Below, one piece after another: positions 7,608-16,296 of a DNA stretch of 64,000 bases. Positions within the stretch are counted from its first letter, which is position 1; each line of letters begins with the position of its first letter. Both the position numbers and the translations under genes were made by a program. A model generated the notes under the pieces. It worked only from the letters and a program-made list of their open reading frames with translations, did not search any database and was not told the DNA's origin. The stretch comes from an uncultured Gammaproteobacteria bacterium. GTDB taxonomy: Bacteria > Patescibacteriota > Patescibacteriia > JACRJV01. The stretch covers positions 3,711-67,710 of the forward strand of contig CAZNTM010000001.1 in the NCBI GenBank assembly GCA_964576005.1. The letters are read 5' to 3'.

Positions 7608-9068
7608 ATGATAGGCACGCATCTTTTTTGTGCTATGCAACAACCTCGTCGGCCGTTATTAAGCCCCCAGCAATGCGCTGATCTCGACATCGAGAAGGTG
7701 CATGCGCTCTACAGAGCGTACGTGAATTCCACTCAAGTGGATCTCATGAGCGCTTTTGGGTTTGGGCGGACGACCATAACCCGTGCCGAAGGAATGTACA
7801 TCGAGATTGCCGATGGTCGGCAGATCCTTGATTTTACCGGGGGCATCGGAGTATTAAATCACGGACACAATCACCCTCGGATTGTCGCGGCACGTCGGGC
7901 GTATGGAGAGCAGCAGCGCATGGAAGTGCACAAGAATTTTTTCTCGCCCTACATCGCCGGGTTAAGTCACAACATCGCGCAGCTCATGCCCGAGGATCTT
8001 ACCATTTCTTATTTTTGCAATTCCGGAGCTGAATCGGTTGAAGGCGCAGTGAAACTGGCGTATAAGTATCATGGAGGATCCCGTCGGCATATTCTCACGT
8101 CCGACATTTCTTTTCACGGCAAACTTTTAGGTTCTGGAGGATTGACGAAGTCCCCCGAGGTGCATTTTCAATTTCCGACCATCCCAAACATCGAGGTCTT
8201 CGAGTATGACAGTATTGAGAGTGTGAAGGCGCAGACCGCCAGGCTCCGAAAACCGGATGGAACATCAGACATCTATGCGCTCATTCTCGAGCCGATGAAT
8301 GGGAGTAGTTTGCGGGAATGTAGTACAGAATTTTTGAAGGCGTTGCGAGATCTCTGTACACAAGAAGACATTGTTCTCATTTTTGACGAAGTGTATACGG
8401 GCTGGGCAAAGACCGGGGAGATTTTTTACTTCATGCATCATGGTGTCGTTCCGGATATCGTAACCTCCTCAAAATCTTTCGGGGGCGGGAAGGCCACGAT
8501 TGCGTGTTATATCACGCGCGAGCGAATCTTTAGAAAGGCGTACGACAACATGAATGACGCGATTCTCCATAGCACGACCTTTAACGGCTTTGGAGAAGAG
8601 ACCGTCACCGCCATTGAGGCAATCAATATTTTGGTCGAAGACGACTACCCAGCTCGGTCAAAACATATTGGGGAGCGCATTCGTGCTGGACTCACGCGCC
8701 TCAAAGAGAAGTACCCGGATTTTATTGATGACATTCGCGGTCGCGGGGCATTAAACGGTGTCCTGTTGAACCCGACCATCAATGCCGTCATGAAGGCGGC
8801 ACTTCAATTTATTCCCGGTTCATTCTTTAAGGATGAGCGCCTCGTTGCAAAACTCGTGACCTCCGCGGTCATTTCCGAGCTCTACACTACCCACAACATC
8901 CTCACCTTTTACGGTTCAAATCGGGAAATTCCACTCATTATCTCACCGTCGCTTATTGCCACCGATGAGGACATTGATCGCTTCCTTGATGCATTAGACA
9001 AAACCTTAGCGGTTGGTAAATACCCCCTGCTCTTAAAATTCGCCAAGAGCAAATTTTTAAAATCCTGA
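7608..9068 (+). CDS. Class III (fold-type I) PLP-dependent aminotransferase
   Basis: GxGxxNxGHNHP, DEVYTGW..TGE and SSKSFGGG (PLP lysine) motifs. Start placed on ATG 7608 preceded by GGAGACGG; ORF-track start 7512 overlaps the divergent gtrA-like gene. Confidence 0.7.
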   Translation: MIGTHLFCAMQQPRRPLLSPQQCADLDIEKVHALYRAYVNSTQVDLMSAFGFGRTTITRAEGMYIEIADGRQILDFTGGIGVLNHGHNHPRIVAARRAYGEQQRMEVHKNFFSPYIAGLSHNIAQLMPEDLTISYFCNSGAESVEGAVKLAYKYHGGSRRHILTSDISFHGKLLGSGGLTKSPEVHFQFPTIPNIEVFEYDSIESVKAQTARLRKPDGTSDIYALILEPMNGSSLRECSTEFLKALRDLCTQEDIVLIFDEVYTGWAKTGEIFYFMHHGVVPDIVTSSKSFGGGKATIACYITRERIFRKAYDNMNDAILHSTTFNGFGEETVTAIEAINILVEDDYPARSKHIGERIRAGLTRLKEKYPDFIDDIRGRGALNGVLLNPTINAVMKAALQFIPGSFFKDERLVAKLVTSAVISELYTTHNILTFYGSNREIPLIISPSLIATDEDIDRFLDALDKTLAVGKYPLLLKFAKSKFLKS

Positions 9069-9495
9069 CCGGTTATGCCAGTGTGGCAGCAGACGCTTGT
9101 TGGCATCGCCCTCCATCACATTGAAACGCTCGAATGTTCGAGCGTTCTTGATGGCGACACAACGCTCCGGACCACTCTTGCTGACGCTTTCAACGAGGTC
9201 GTGTCCTCGCAGCCGTGGTACTTTCGATGGGGGATCAAAACGTATGCTTTTGGACTCGGCTCGGTCTGTTGGGCCATAAACTGGCAGCACCTTTCGGCGC
9301 TGCCAATGGTTCAACGCCAGGCATTTCTTCGACGCGTTCGAATACTTCCATTCTTTGGGCTTATCGAGATATTTGCGCAAAGCACTGCCTTTTTGAATGT
9401 GTTTGACTACCTCGCGTTGGCCGAACGTCTGCCGTCATCGGCCCAGTAATACAACGCCCAGAGACCTATCCTGTAATGCATTTCAATCATTATGA

Positions 9496-9628
9496 CTCTG
9501 AATTACGAAACGCCCTTTTTGTCACCCTGAGCTTGTCGAAGGGTGACTGAAAGAGGCGAAATACATGGCCTTTGCGTCATGGTTCGACAAGCTCACCATG
9601 ACAATGGAAGGAGTTTCGTAATTCACAG
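9496..9628 (+). mobile_element. MITE family A, copy 1 (~133 bp palindromic element with terminal inverted repeats ctc/gtgaattacgaaac)
   Basis: Near-identical to copies at 19503 and 46246. Flanked by 7-bp direct repeat ATTATGA (9489-9495 and 9629-9635). Confidence 0.8.
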
Positions 9629-9720
9629 ATTATGAAGGCACTCTCTTACTTTACAATACAAGTGCTCCCCAGCAGACTGCTCCGACCGCGGTCGGAGCAC
9701 TGGGCGATGATATACTGGGT

Positions 9721-11169
9721 ATGAACGACCAGGATCGGTGCGAATACCTTGTGGTCGGAAGCGGCGCAGGGGGTAGTGTTGCTGCTGCGCTGATCGCCGA
9801 AGCCGGACGCGACGTCATGGTGATCGAAGAAGGGGAGCGGTGGACGCCTGATCTCACCACAACTATTGGCGCAGGGACTCGTCGCCTCTATCGCAATGGC
9901 GGCGTGTTTCCATTTTTGGGCGCTCCGGTTATTCCGTTTGCCGAGGGTCGCTGCGTTGGCGGAAGCACCATCATTAATGGTGGGCTCATTTGGAGAACGC
10001 CATCGTGGGTTCTCGAGTCGTGGAGTAAAGAAAATGGTCTCACTGGTTATGATGAGCCACAGCTTCGAAAACATTTTGAAACGGTTGAACGGGATTTACA
10101 TGTTGTCCCACACACGCTTGAGCAGCATACCAACCTTGATTCAGGTGCTTTATACCGTGGGGCAAAAGCACTTGGCTGGAATGTTGCAATGGCTCCGCGG
10201 GCGGTGAAACACTGCAACAATAGCAACCGCTGTCCTATTGGCGGTTGCCCCGGATGTGGGAAGCAGAGCATGGCCGAGACCTATCTCCCTCGTGCACTCT
10301 CACGTGGGGCGCGCCTGCTCTCGAATTGTCGAGCGGTGAAGATTATTCATGAAAACGGCCGCGCCATTGAAGTTCTTGTACGTCATGAGAACCGTTTGCG
10401 TGCGATTACGTTTGATCATCTTGTGCTTGCAGGAGGTGCGATCCAGACGCCACACCTCCTGGCCAAAAGCGGGCTAAGATCCATCAAGAGCCATCCGGTA
10501 CAGTTCCACATGAATCTCAAAGTCGTGGCGCTCTACCCGGAGGAGATTCGTGCCCATCGCGGCACCATCTTTACAACGCAAGTGCAGGAGTTCGCGAGGG
10601 ATGGGATCCTGATGATGGCAACGAATCTTGCGCCGCACTATCTTGCGTTGACCTTAGCACGGCATGGCGCTGATGCGATGAACCAGGGACTACGGCAGTA
10701 TGCACATGCTGCTATTTTTACCGCAATGGTGCGAGCAAAAAGCAAGGCGCATGTGGTGAGCGTTCTCGGTGATCAGCCGCTTGTTTGGTATGCCTTTGAT
10801 ACTGAAGATCTTTCCACGATTCGTCTTGCCATTCGTCGGACAGCCGAGGCATTGTTCGCGAGTGGAGCCCGTGAGCTGTATTTGCCAATTCGGGGCTCGG
10901 CTGTGGTTGCATCGCTTGCTGCGGTGGACCGTGTGCTTGAAAAATTAACACCGGGAGTGCTTGACATTGTGACGGTGCATATTATGGCGTCCTGTCCGAT
11001 GGGGCCGTCCGCAGCAGCGTCGGTCGTGCGGCCGGATGGGCGTCTTTGGAGCTCCAAGAATATTATAGTTGCGGATGCGAGCATCCTGCCTTCAAACATC
11101 GGCGAAAGTCCGCAAGGGACGATTATGGCGTTTGTCCACGAACTGATCGGTCGGCATTTGGGCCCATGA
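9721..11169 (+). CDS. GMC-family FAD oxidoreductase (glucose-methanol-choline type)
   Basis: N-terminal YLVVGSGAGGSVAA FAD-binding fold, ~480 aa, C-terminal GMC-like region. Confidence 0.65.
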   Translation: MNDQDRCEYLVVGSGAGGSVAAALIAEAGRDVMVIEEGERWTPDLTTTIGAGTRRLYRNGGVFPFLGAPVIPFAEGRCVGGSTIINGGLIWRTPSWVLESWSKENGLTGYDEPQLRKHFETVERDLHVVPHTLEQHTNLDSGALYRGAKALGWNVAMAPRAVKHCNNSNRCPIGGCPGCGKQSMAETYLPRALSRGARLLSNCRAVKIIHENGRAIEVLVRHENRLRAITFDHLVLAGGAIQTPHLLAKSGLRSIKSHPVQFHMNLKVVALYPEEIRAHRGTIFTTQVQEFARDGILMMATNLAPHYLALTLARHGADAMNQGLRQYAHAAIFTAMVRAKSKAHVVSVLGDQPLVWYAFDTEDLSTIRLAIRRTAEALFASGARELYLPIRGSAVVASLAAVDRVLEKLTPGVLDIVTVHIMASCPMGPSAAASVVRPDGRLWSSKNIIVADASILPSNIGESPQGTIMAFVHELIGRHLGP

Positions 11170-11172
11170 TGT

Positions 11173-11748
11173 ATGATGATCCGAACATTGAGACTCGAAG
11201 ATCTTGAGCGCGTTGCTCGGATTCATTATGGAGAGCTTCCCGATGATTTTTGTTCAGTGCTCGGATTTGATTTCCTTCGTAAAATTTTCTATCCCGAATT
11301 GTTACGGCGCTGTGAAATTAAACTTGGAGCGGTGGATGAGCATGACATCGTGCAGGGGTTTATGTTTTTCGCTTCGGATCGGAAGCTGTTTCGGCGATTG
11401 GTTTTCGGCAACATCAGTGGAATCGTTCGCTGGGTTGACTGGCGCGTATTGTTTCAGGCTCGATTCCTGCGATCGGTCGCTGGGGTCATCATCATCCTCA
11501 TGAGCGCTCAAGAAGAATTGCTCGGATGGGAACAGGTCTATCTCGCGGTGTCAAAGTCGCATCAAGGCAAGTGGGTGGCGTTTCAGTTGTTTCAACAGGG
11601 GTTTCGTGAACTCACCACACGCGGGGTGCGACACTGCTGGTTAAAGACATTAAAAGCAACTCCTCAAAATATTCTTCTCTATGAGCGGATTGGGTTTCGG
11701 AAAGCTCAAGAGTATTGTGGGCGGGTGTACATGACAAGAGAAATTTAA
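11173..11748 (+). CDS. GNAT-family N-acetyltransferase (putative)
   Basis: ~190 aa; C-terminal ...YERIGFRK... acetyl-CoA-binding-like segment; weak but consistent with GNAT. Confidence 0.4.
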   Translation: MMIRTLRLEDLERVARIHYGELPDDFCSVLGFDFLRKIFYPELLRRCEIKLGAVDEHDIVQGFMFFASDRKLFRRLVFGNISGIVRWVDWRVLFQARFLRSVAGVIIILMSAQEELLGWEQVYLAVSKSHQGKWVAFQLFQQGFRELTTRGVRHCWLKTLKATPQNILLYERIGFRKAQEYCGRVYMTREI

Positions 11749-11795
11749 GCTGTACAAATCTCTCTCCAGTGTTATACTATGCTTTTGGTGTGGGT

Positions 11796-12668
11796 ATGAA
11801 TAAACTGTACAAGAAGCTTTTTTTAGGTCGCATGTGGAGACGAATCTATCTGGAACGTCTTGGCGAGCCGCTCATATATAATTTTGCATCGCTATTCGTT
11901 TTTTTATTTGGTTCTTACAGTACAAAAATCCGATACGACCTCATTCCTCGCCAGCCGTATGCTTTTGGGATCGATTTTGCCTATCGGCTCGCCCGAGCCC
12001 GCGGGATTGATAAATTGGTTATCATAGAATTTGGCGTTGCTGGAGGGGCAGGATTGCTCAATATGATTGATATTGCCGGAAGAGTTGCCAAGGAGCGGGG
12101 TGGCGTTGATTTTCAGATTGTCGGCTTTGATAGCGGTATCGGCATGCCTGCCCCTCTCGATTTCCGCGATCACCCCGAAAAATACAAAACCGGCGATTAT
12201 CCCACAGGCAACAGGGAAAAACTTCTTGCCCAACTTCCAGCAAATGCAAAGATTTATTTTGGAGACGTGAAAGACACTGTTGCAACATTTTTAAAAGAAA
12301 TTCCATCCGGGTACCGGATCGGATTTATCAGCGTTGATGTTGACTACTACTCAAGCGCAAAAGCGTGTCTGGAGATATTAAAACAAGATCAATCACACTA
12401 CCTCCCATCCGTTCCAATGTATTTTGATGACGTCCGCGAAATAGACCACAATGAATACTGTGGGGAACTTCTTGCGATCAAGGAATTTAACAATGAGGAC
12501 AACGTATATCGTAAGATCACAAAAATAACGGATCTCCGGCGTTGTCGTCTTTTTCAACGCGCCACATGGATTGATCAAATGTATTTCGGTCATGTTTTTG
12601 ACAGTAGCTATCGTGCGTCGAGAGGGGGAGCGCCTGTCATTCTCGATAATCCATATCTCGGTTCGTAA
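11796..12668 (+). CDS. TylF/MycF-family (macrocin-O-methyltransferase-like) SAM-dependent methyltransferase
   Basis: EFGVAGGAGL ... FISVDVDYYSS pattern; start re-placed on ATG 11796 after upstream stop. Visibly AT-richer than neighbours. Confidence 0.5.
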   Translation: MNKLYKKLFLGRMWRRIYLERLGEPLIYNFASLFVFLFGSYSTKIRYDLIPRQPYAFGIDFAYRLARARGIDKLVIIEFGVAGGAGLLNMIDIAGRVAKERGGVDFQIVGFDSGIGMPAPLDFRDHPEKYKTGDYPTGNREKLLAQLPANAKIYFGDVKDTVATFLKEIPSGYRIGFISVDVDYYSSAKACLEILKQDQSHYLPSVPMYFDDVREIDHNEYCGELLAIKEFNNEDNVYRKITKITDLRRCRLFQRATWIDQMYFGHVFDSSYRASRGGAPVILDNPYLGS

Positions 12669-12675
12669 TTGATCT

Positions 12676-13050
12676 ATGAGCACGAATGGGATCGGTGTGG
12701 GTGTTGACATGGAATCCACTGAACGGTTTCGAAGCCTTGATCGTCTCCGTCATAAGCATTTTTTAGCTCGCGTGTTTACTCAAGCTGAACTCACCTATTG
12801 TTTTAGCAAGCCTTTGCCCGAAGCTCATTTAGCAGCTCGATTTGTTGCAAAGGAGGCAGTCATCAAGGCGCTTGCCGTTCTCGGAATCCATACGCTCACT
12901 TATTGCGACATTGAAGTGGTGCACACTCCAAAAGGTGTTCCGAGTGTGAAGCTGCCAAAGCAGTGGAGCGATGTTCACGTTGCGGTGAGTCTCTCGCATA
13001 CCACCGACGCGGCGTTGGCATTTGTCGTTGCGCATCAGGGATGCGGATGA
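12676..13050 (+). CDS. acpS: Holo-[acyl-carrier-protein] synthase (4'-phosphopantetheinyl transferase, AcpS type)
   Basis: GIGVGVDMESTERF...FLARVFTQAE...ARFVAKEAVIKALA matches the AcpS family over the full ~120 aa. Confidence 0.75.
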   Translation: MSTNGIGVGVDMESTERFRSLDRLRHKHFLARVFTQAELTYCFSKPLPEAHLAARFVAKEAVIKALAVLGIHTLTYCDIEVVHTPKGVPSVKLPKQWSDVHVAVSLSHTTDAALAFVVAHQGCG

Positions 13051-13143
13051 CCATGTCGTAACGGTGAGCGGCTGTCTGTCTAGACAAAAATCATCCTGAT
13101 GCGCTAGGATATATATCTACTCTCTGTGTAAAAAATTGTGGCC

Positions 13144-14211
13144 ATGAATAAAATCAATGTCGCTCTTGTTGGGGTAGGGAATTGTGCAAAGGCACTCGTC
13201 GAGGGAGTTGCCTTTTACACGAAACACCCGGATGAAACCGTTGGCCTCATGAATCCACTCATCGGTCCGTATCATCCGAAAGACATCAATTTCGTTGCGG
13301 CCTTTGACGTGGATGAACGGAAGGTTGGCCGGAAGCTCCATGAGGCTGTTTCCGCCGAACCGAATATGACGGCGAAGATTTCCGACCCGTTAGAGTACGA
13401 CGTCGTGGTCCAGCGTGGTCCGACGTATGACAGCGTCGTTGATGCCATGCGGGAGTTTTTCATCCACGAAAGCCGTGCTCCGGTTGTGGACATTACGCGC
13501 GTGTTACGGGAATCAGAAGCGGATATCCTCGTGAACTATTTACCCTCAGGAGGGGAGCAAGCGACGTACGCCTATGCCGAGGCTGCGCTCGAGGCGGGCT
13601 GTCACGTTCTCAACTGCATCCCCACCCCGCTGGCGACGATTCCACAATGGAGAAAGCGATTTGAGGATCGGGGGTTGTTGGTCATGGGAGACGATATTAA
13701 AAGTCAGGTCGGCGCGACCATTCTCAACCGATCCCTCCTGTCTTTGTTGAAGATGCGGGGAGTGAAGGTGACAAAGTCGGTTCAGGAAAATGTTGGGGGC
13801 AACGCTGACCACTTCAATCTTCTGCATCGATATGAGGCAAAAGAGCGGTCGAAGAGGGCAGCACTCACCTCGATACTCGGAGAGGGCGACATCAAGCCTG
13901 TGGTCAAGCTTTCGTACACGGGCGAGAACACCGGTCACAAGCTCGTGAAGATACAAATTGAGGGAGAGATTTTCGGACGCACCCCGATTGTTATTTCAGC
14001 CCAGATCGAGGACGAGATCAGTATCAATAGCGCTGGGATTGTGGTTGACGCCATTCGTGCGCTGAAGCTTTTGGCGCTTACCCGAGCCCGCACTGAGATC
14101 GACAACCTCACCGCCTTCCTAATGAAAACGCCTCCAAAACCGATGCCCGACTTGGACGCTTTCAATGCGTTTCAAGATACGATGGAGCGCTTGCGTGCTC
14201 TTTCGGAGTAG
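13144..14211 (+). CDS. myo-Inositol-1-phosphate synthase (MIPS, archaeal/bacterial short type)
   Basis: VALVGVGNCAKALVEG Rossmann start, GDDIKSQ and NVGGNADHFN blocks, ~355 aa as in bacterial/archaeal MIPS. ATG 13144 (ORF track begins on GTG 13138). Confidence 0.65.
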   Translation: MNKINVALVGVGNCAKALVEGVAFYTKHPDETVGLMNPLIGPYHPKDINFVAAFDVDERKVGRKLHEAVSAEPNMTAKISDPLEYDVVVQRGPTYDSVVDAMREFFIHESRAPVVDITRVLRESEADILVNYLPSGGEQATYAYAEAALEAGCHVLNCIPTPLATIPQWRKRFEDRGLLVMGDDIKSQVGATILNRSLLSLLKMRGVKVTKSVQENVGGNADHFNLLHRYEAKERSKRAALTSILGEGDIKPVVKLSYTGENTGHKLVKIQIEGEIFGRTPIVISAQIEDEISINSAGIVVDAIRALKLLALTRARTEIDNLTAFLMKTPPKPMPDLDAFNAFQDTMERLRALSE

Positions 14212-14216
14212 GGTTT

Positions 14217-15920
14217 CTAAGGGCGTTGGGGCTTTGGCAGTGATGCTCCTGGATTCATTTCGACATCCATCGTGGAAGTGTCGCCGCTCTCTGCCTGATT
14301 CTCTCTGGCGCGCAAGACTCTCCTCATGATTTTTCCGCTCTTTGTTTTTGGGAGTTTTTCGACAAACTCAATTTCTCGCGGCACTTCGTGAACCGAGAGT
14401 TTTACCTTCACATGACGCATGAGCTCCAGCTTGAGCTCATCGCTCCCCGTCATTCCTTGCCGAAGCAACACGAATGCTTTCACAATGGTGCCATAAAGGT
14501 CATGGGGTTTGCCGATGACCCCGGCTTCCGCAACGGCCGGATGTGCAACGAGGACGCTCTCGATTTCAAACGGACTGATGCGCTCTGCGGCGCTTTTAAT
14601 CATGTCATCGTCCCGGCCTTGGAACCAGAAATATCCCTCGGCGTCTTCGTACGCGGCATCTCCGGAAATATACCAATCATTTTCAAAATAGGACTCGAAT
14701 TTTTCCGCATTGTTCCAGACTGTTTTCATGAGGCCTGGCCAAGGGGTTTTGATGGCAAGTCTCCCAACCGTGCGCCGGGGCACTTCTCGGCCAGTCTCGT
14801 CCAGGATCGCCGCGGTAATCCCCGGCAGCGGTCTTCCCATTGAGCCCTTGTTGATAGGCAGGCATCGGTAGTTATTAATAAGTTGGTGGCCGTTCTCTGT
14901 CATGTACCAGGAATCATGGATCGGGATGCCGAGGCGTTCCTGTGTCCAGTTGATGAGGCTTTCGTTGAGGGGTTCACCGGCGCTCACAATGTGTCGGAGT
15001 TCAGGAAGCGTGTCTCGATTCAGTGGAGCTTCATAATACCGCAACAGGCGAAACGCGGTTGGCGTACTGTACCAGACGCTGATTCGGTGTTTTTTCATGA
15101 ACTCAATCCATTCCAGCGGATGAAATCCGCCTTCGTAAATGTGGGCAGCCACTCCAACCAGTAATGGAGCAAAGAAGGTATACACCATGCCAGTCACCCA
15201 GCCGGGATCTCCGGTGTTCCAATACCGATCGTCTGGATGAAGATCAAGGACAAATGAAGCGGTGACCCGGTGTCCGATCATCGCTCGATTGGGCAGTACA
15301 ATTCCCTTTGGTTTTGCCGTTGATCCTGAAGTGTAATGAAGAATGAATGGGGTTTCGAGGTCTCCGAAGTGCACCGCGCGCGGGTCGGGCGCGTGCCGGA
15401 GCAGCTCGGGAAGGTCCTTTGGGAGAAGGACGTGCTTTACAGTCGGAATGTTTTCCAGCCTCAGGTTCGGTTCGAGCCTTCCCGTGGTGTAGATCCAGGT
15501 GGCACCGCAGTCGGTGAGCCGATCCTCGACGGCATCAGACCCAAACGCTTCAAAGAGGGGAACCGCGATTGCTCCGGCTTTCATCGCCCCCAAGAGGACG
15601 ATCGCATACTCAATGGAGCGCGGGGCGTACAACGCAAAGCGATCGCCGGGGGTGAAACCAGCTTCTCGCACGGCAGCCGCGAATCGGTCGGTTCGGTCGC
15701 AGAGTTCATGAAACGTGATTCGTTCAATCCGCCCGTCAGTTTTTTGGGAAATGAGGGCTGGTCGGTTGCCGTTGCCGCGCTCCAGCTGCGCCGTGGTCAC
15801 TTCCACCGCGTAGTTGACCTTTCCTGTTTGGTCAAAAGAAAATTCTCTCTCCCATTCCTTCCAAGAGAAATTTCGGTACGTCTGTTCGTAGTTCGTGAGG
15901 TTTGGGGCAGGTTCTTGCAT
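14217..15920 (-). CDS. AMP-forming acyl-CoA/acyl-carrier ligase (acetyl-CoA-synthetase-like adenylating enzyme)
   Basis: ANL motifs YTSGSTAKPKG, YWNTGDPGW, GRDDDMIKSAAERISPFEIES. Start placed at Met 15920 (MQEPAPN...). Confidence 0.75.
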   Translation of the reverse strand: MQEPAPNLTNYEQTYRNFSWKEWEREFSFDQTGKVNYAVEVTTAQLERGNGNRPALISQKTDGRIERITFHELCDRTDRFAAAVREAGFTPGDRFALYAPRSIEYAIVLLGAMKAGAIAVPLFEAFGSDAVEDRLTDCGATWIYTTGRLEPNLRLENIPTVKHVLLPKDLPELLRHAPDPRAVHFGDLETPFILHYTSGSTAKPKGIVLPNRAMIGHRVTASFVLDLHPDDRYWNTGDPGWVTGMVYTFFAPLLVGVAAHIYEGGFHPLEWIEFMKKHRISVWYSTPTAFRLLRYYEAPLNRDTLPELRHIVSAGEPLNESLINWTQERLGIPIHDSWYMTENGHQLINNYRCLPINKGSMGRPLPGITAAILDETGREVPRRTVGRLAIKTPWPGLMKTVWNNAEKFESYFENDWYISGDAAYEDAEGYFWFQGRDDDMIKSAAERISPFEIESVLVAHPAVAEAGVIGKPHDLYGTIVKAFVLLRQGMTGSDELKLELMRHVKVKLSVHEVPREIEFVEKLPKTKSGKIMRRVLRARENQAESGDTSTMDVEMNPGASLPKPQRP

Positions 15921-15985
15921 ATACCGATAGTGTAGCCTTATTTCAGAAAGGAAATCAAGAAGGGTATGGCCTGCTGCTGCGTGCG

Positions 15986-16014
15986 TTGACAGTCGCGCCA
16001 CCACTGTTTATGAT
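15986..16014 (+). promoter_or_regulatory. Sigma70-type promoter candidate TTGACA-17 nt-TATGAT upstream of the carrier-protein gene
   Basis: -35 TTGACA 15986-15991, -10 TATGAT 16009-16014, exact 17-nt spacer, in the divergent intergenic region between the ligase and ACP genes. Confidence 0.55.
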
Positions 16015-16040
16015 TCTGCCATCCTCTCTCTTTCTTCGAT

Positions 16041-16292
16041 ATGAATTCCCGTGATGCCGGAAATACGCTTCATGTGATTCTCTCGCGAGTGCTCCTGATT
16101 TCACCCGCAGAGATTACTGATGAAACCTCGCCCGAGACGGTGCCCACATGGGACTCGTACAATGCGCTCATGCTCGTCTCTGAGCTTGAGCAGACATTCC
16201 AGGTGAAGTTTACACTCGACGAAGTGATGGCCGTCAAAAACGTCGGCGATATTAAGCGTCATCTCACCGCGCACGGTATTGCATTTGCCTAG
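16041..16292 (+). CDS. Acyl/peptidyl carrier protein
   Basis: 83 aa; ...TWDSYNALMLVSELEQTFQVKF with Ser in a DS-motif context typical of phosphopantetheine attachment. Confidence 0.65.
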   Translation: MNSRDAGNTLHVILSRVLLISPAEITDETSPETVPTWDSYNALMLVSELEQTFQVKFTLDEVMAVKNVGDIKRHLTAHGIAFA

Positions 16293-16296
16293 GGCT

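Noticed and set aside
9057-9449. Overlapping 107-aa (-) and 124-aa (+) ORFs between the aminotransferase gene and MITE copy 1
   Set aside because: Neither has an RBS, a recognisable motif or clear coding character; region is probably non-coding 3' UTR/intergenic. Left unannotated.
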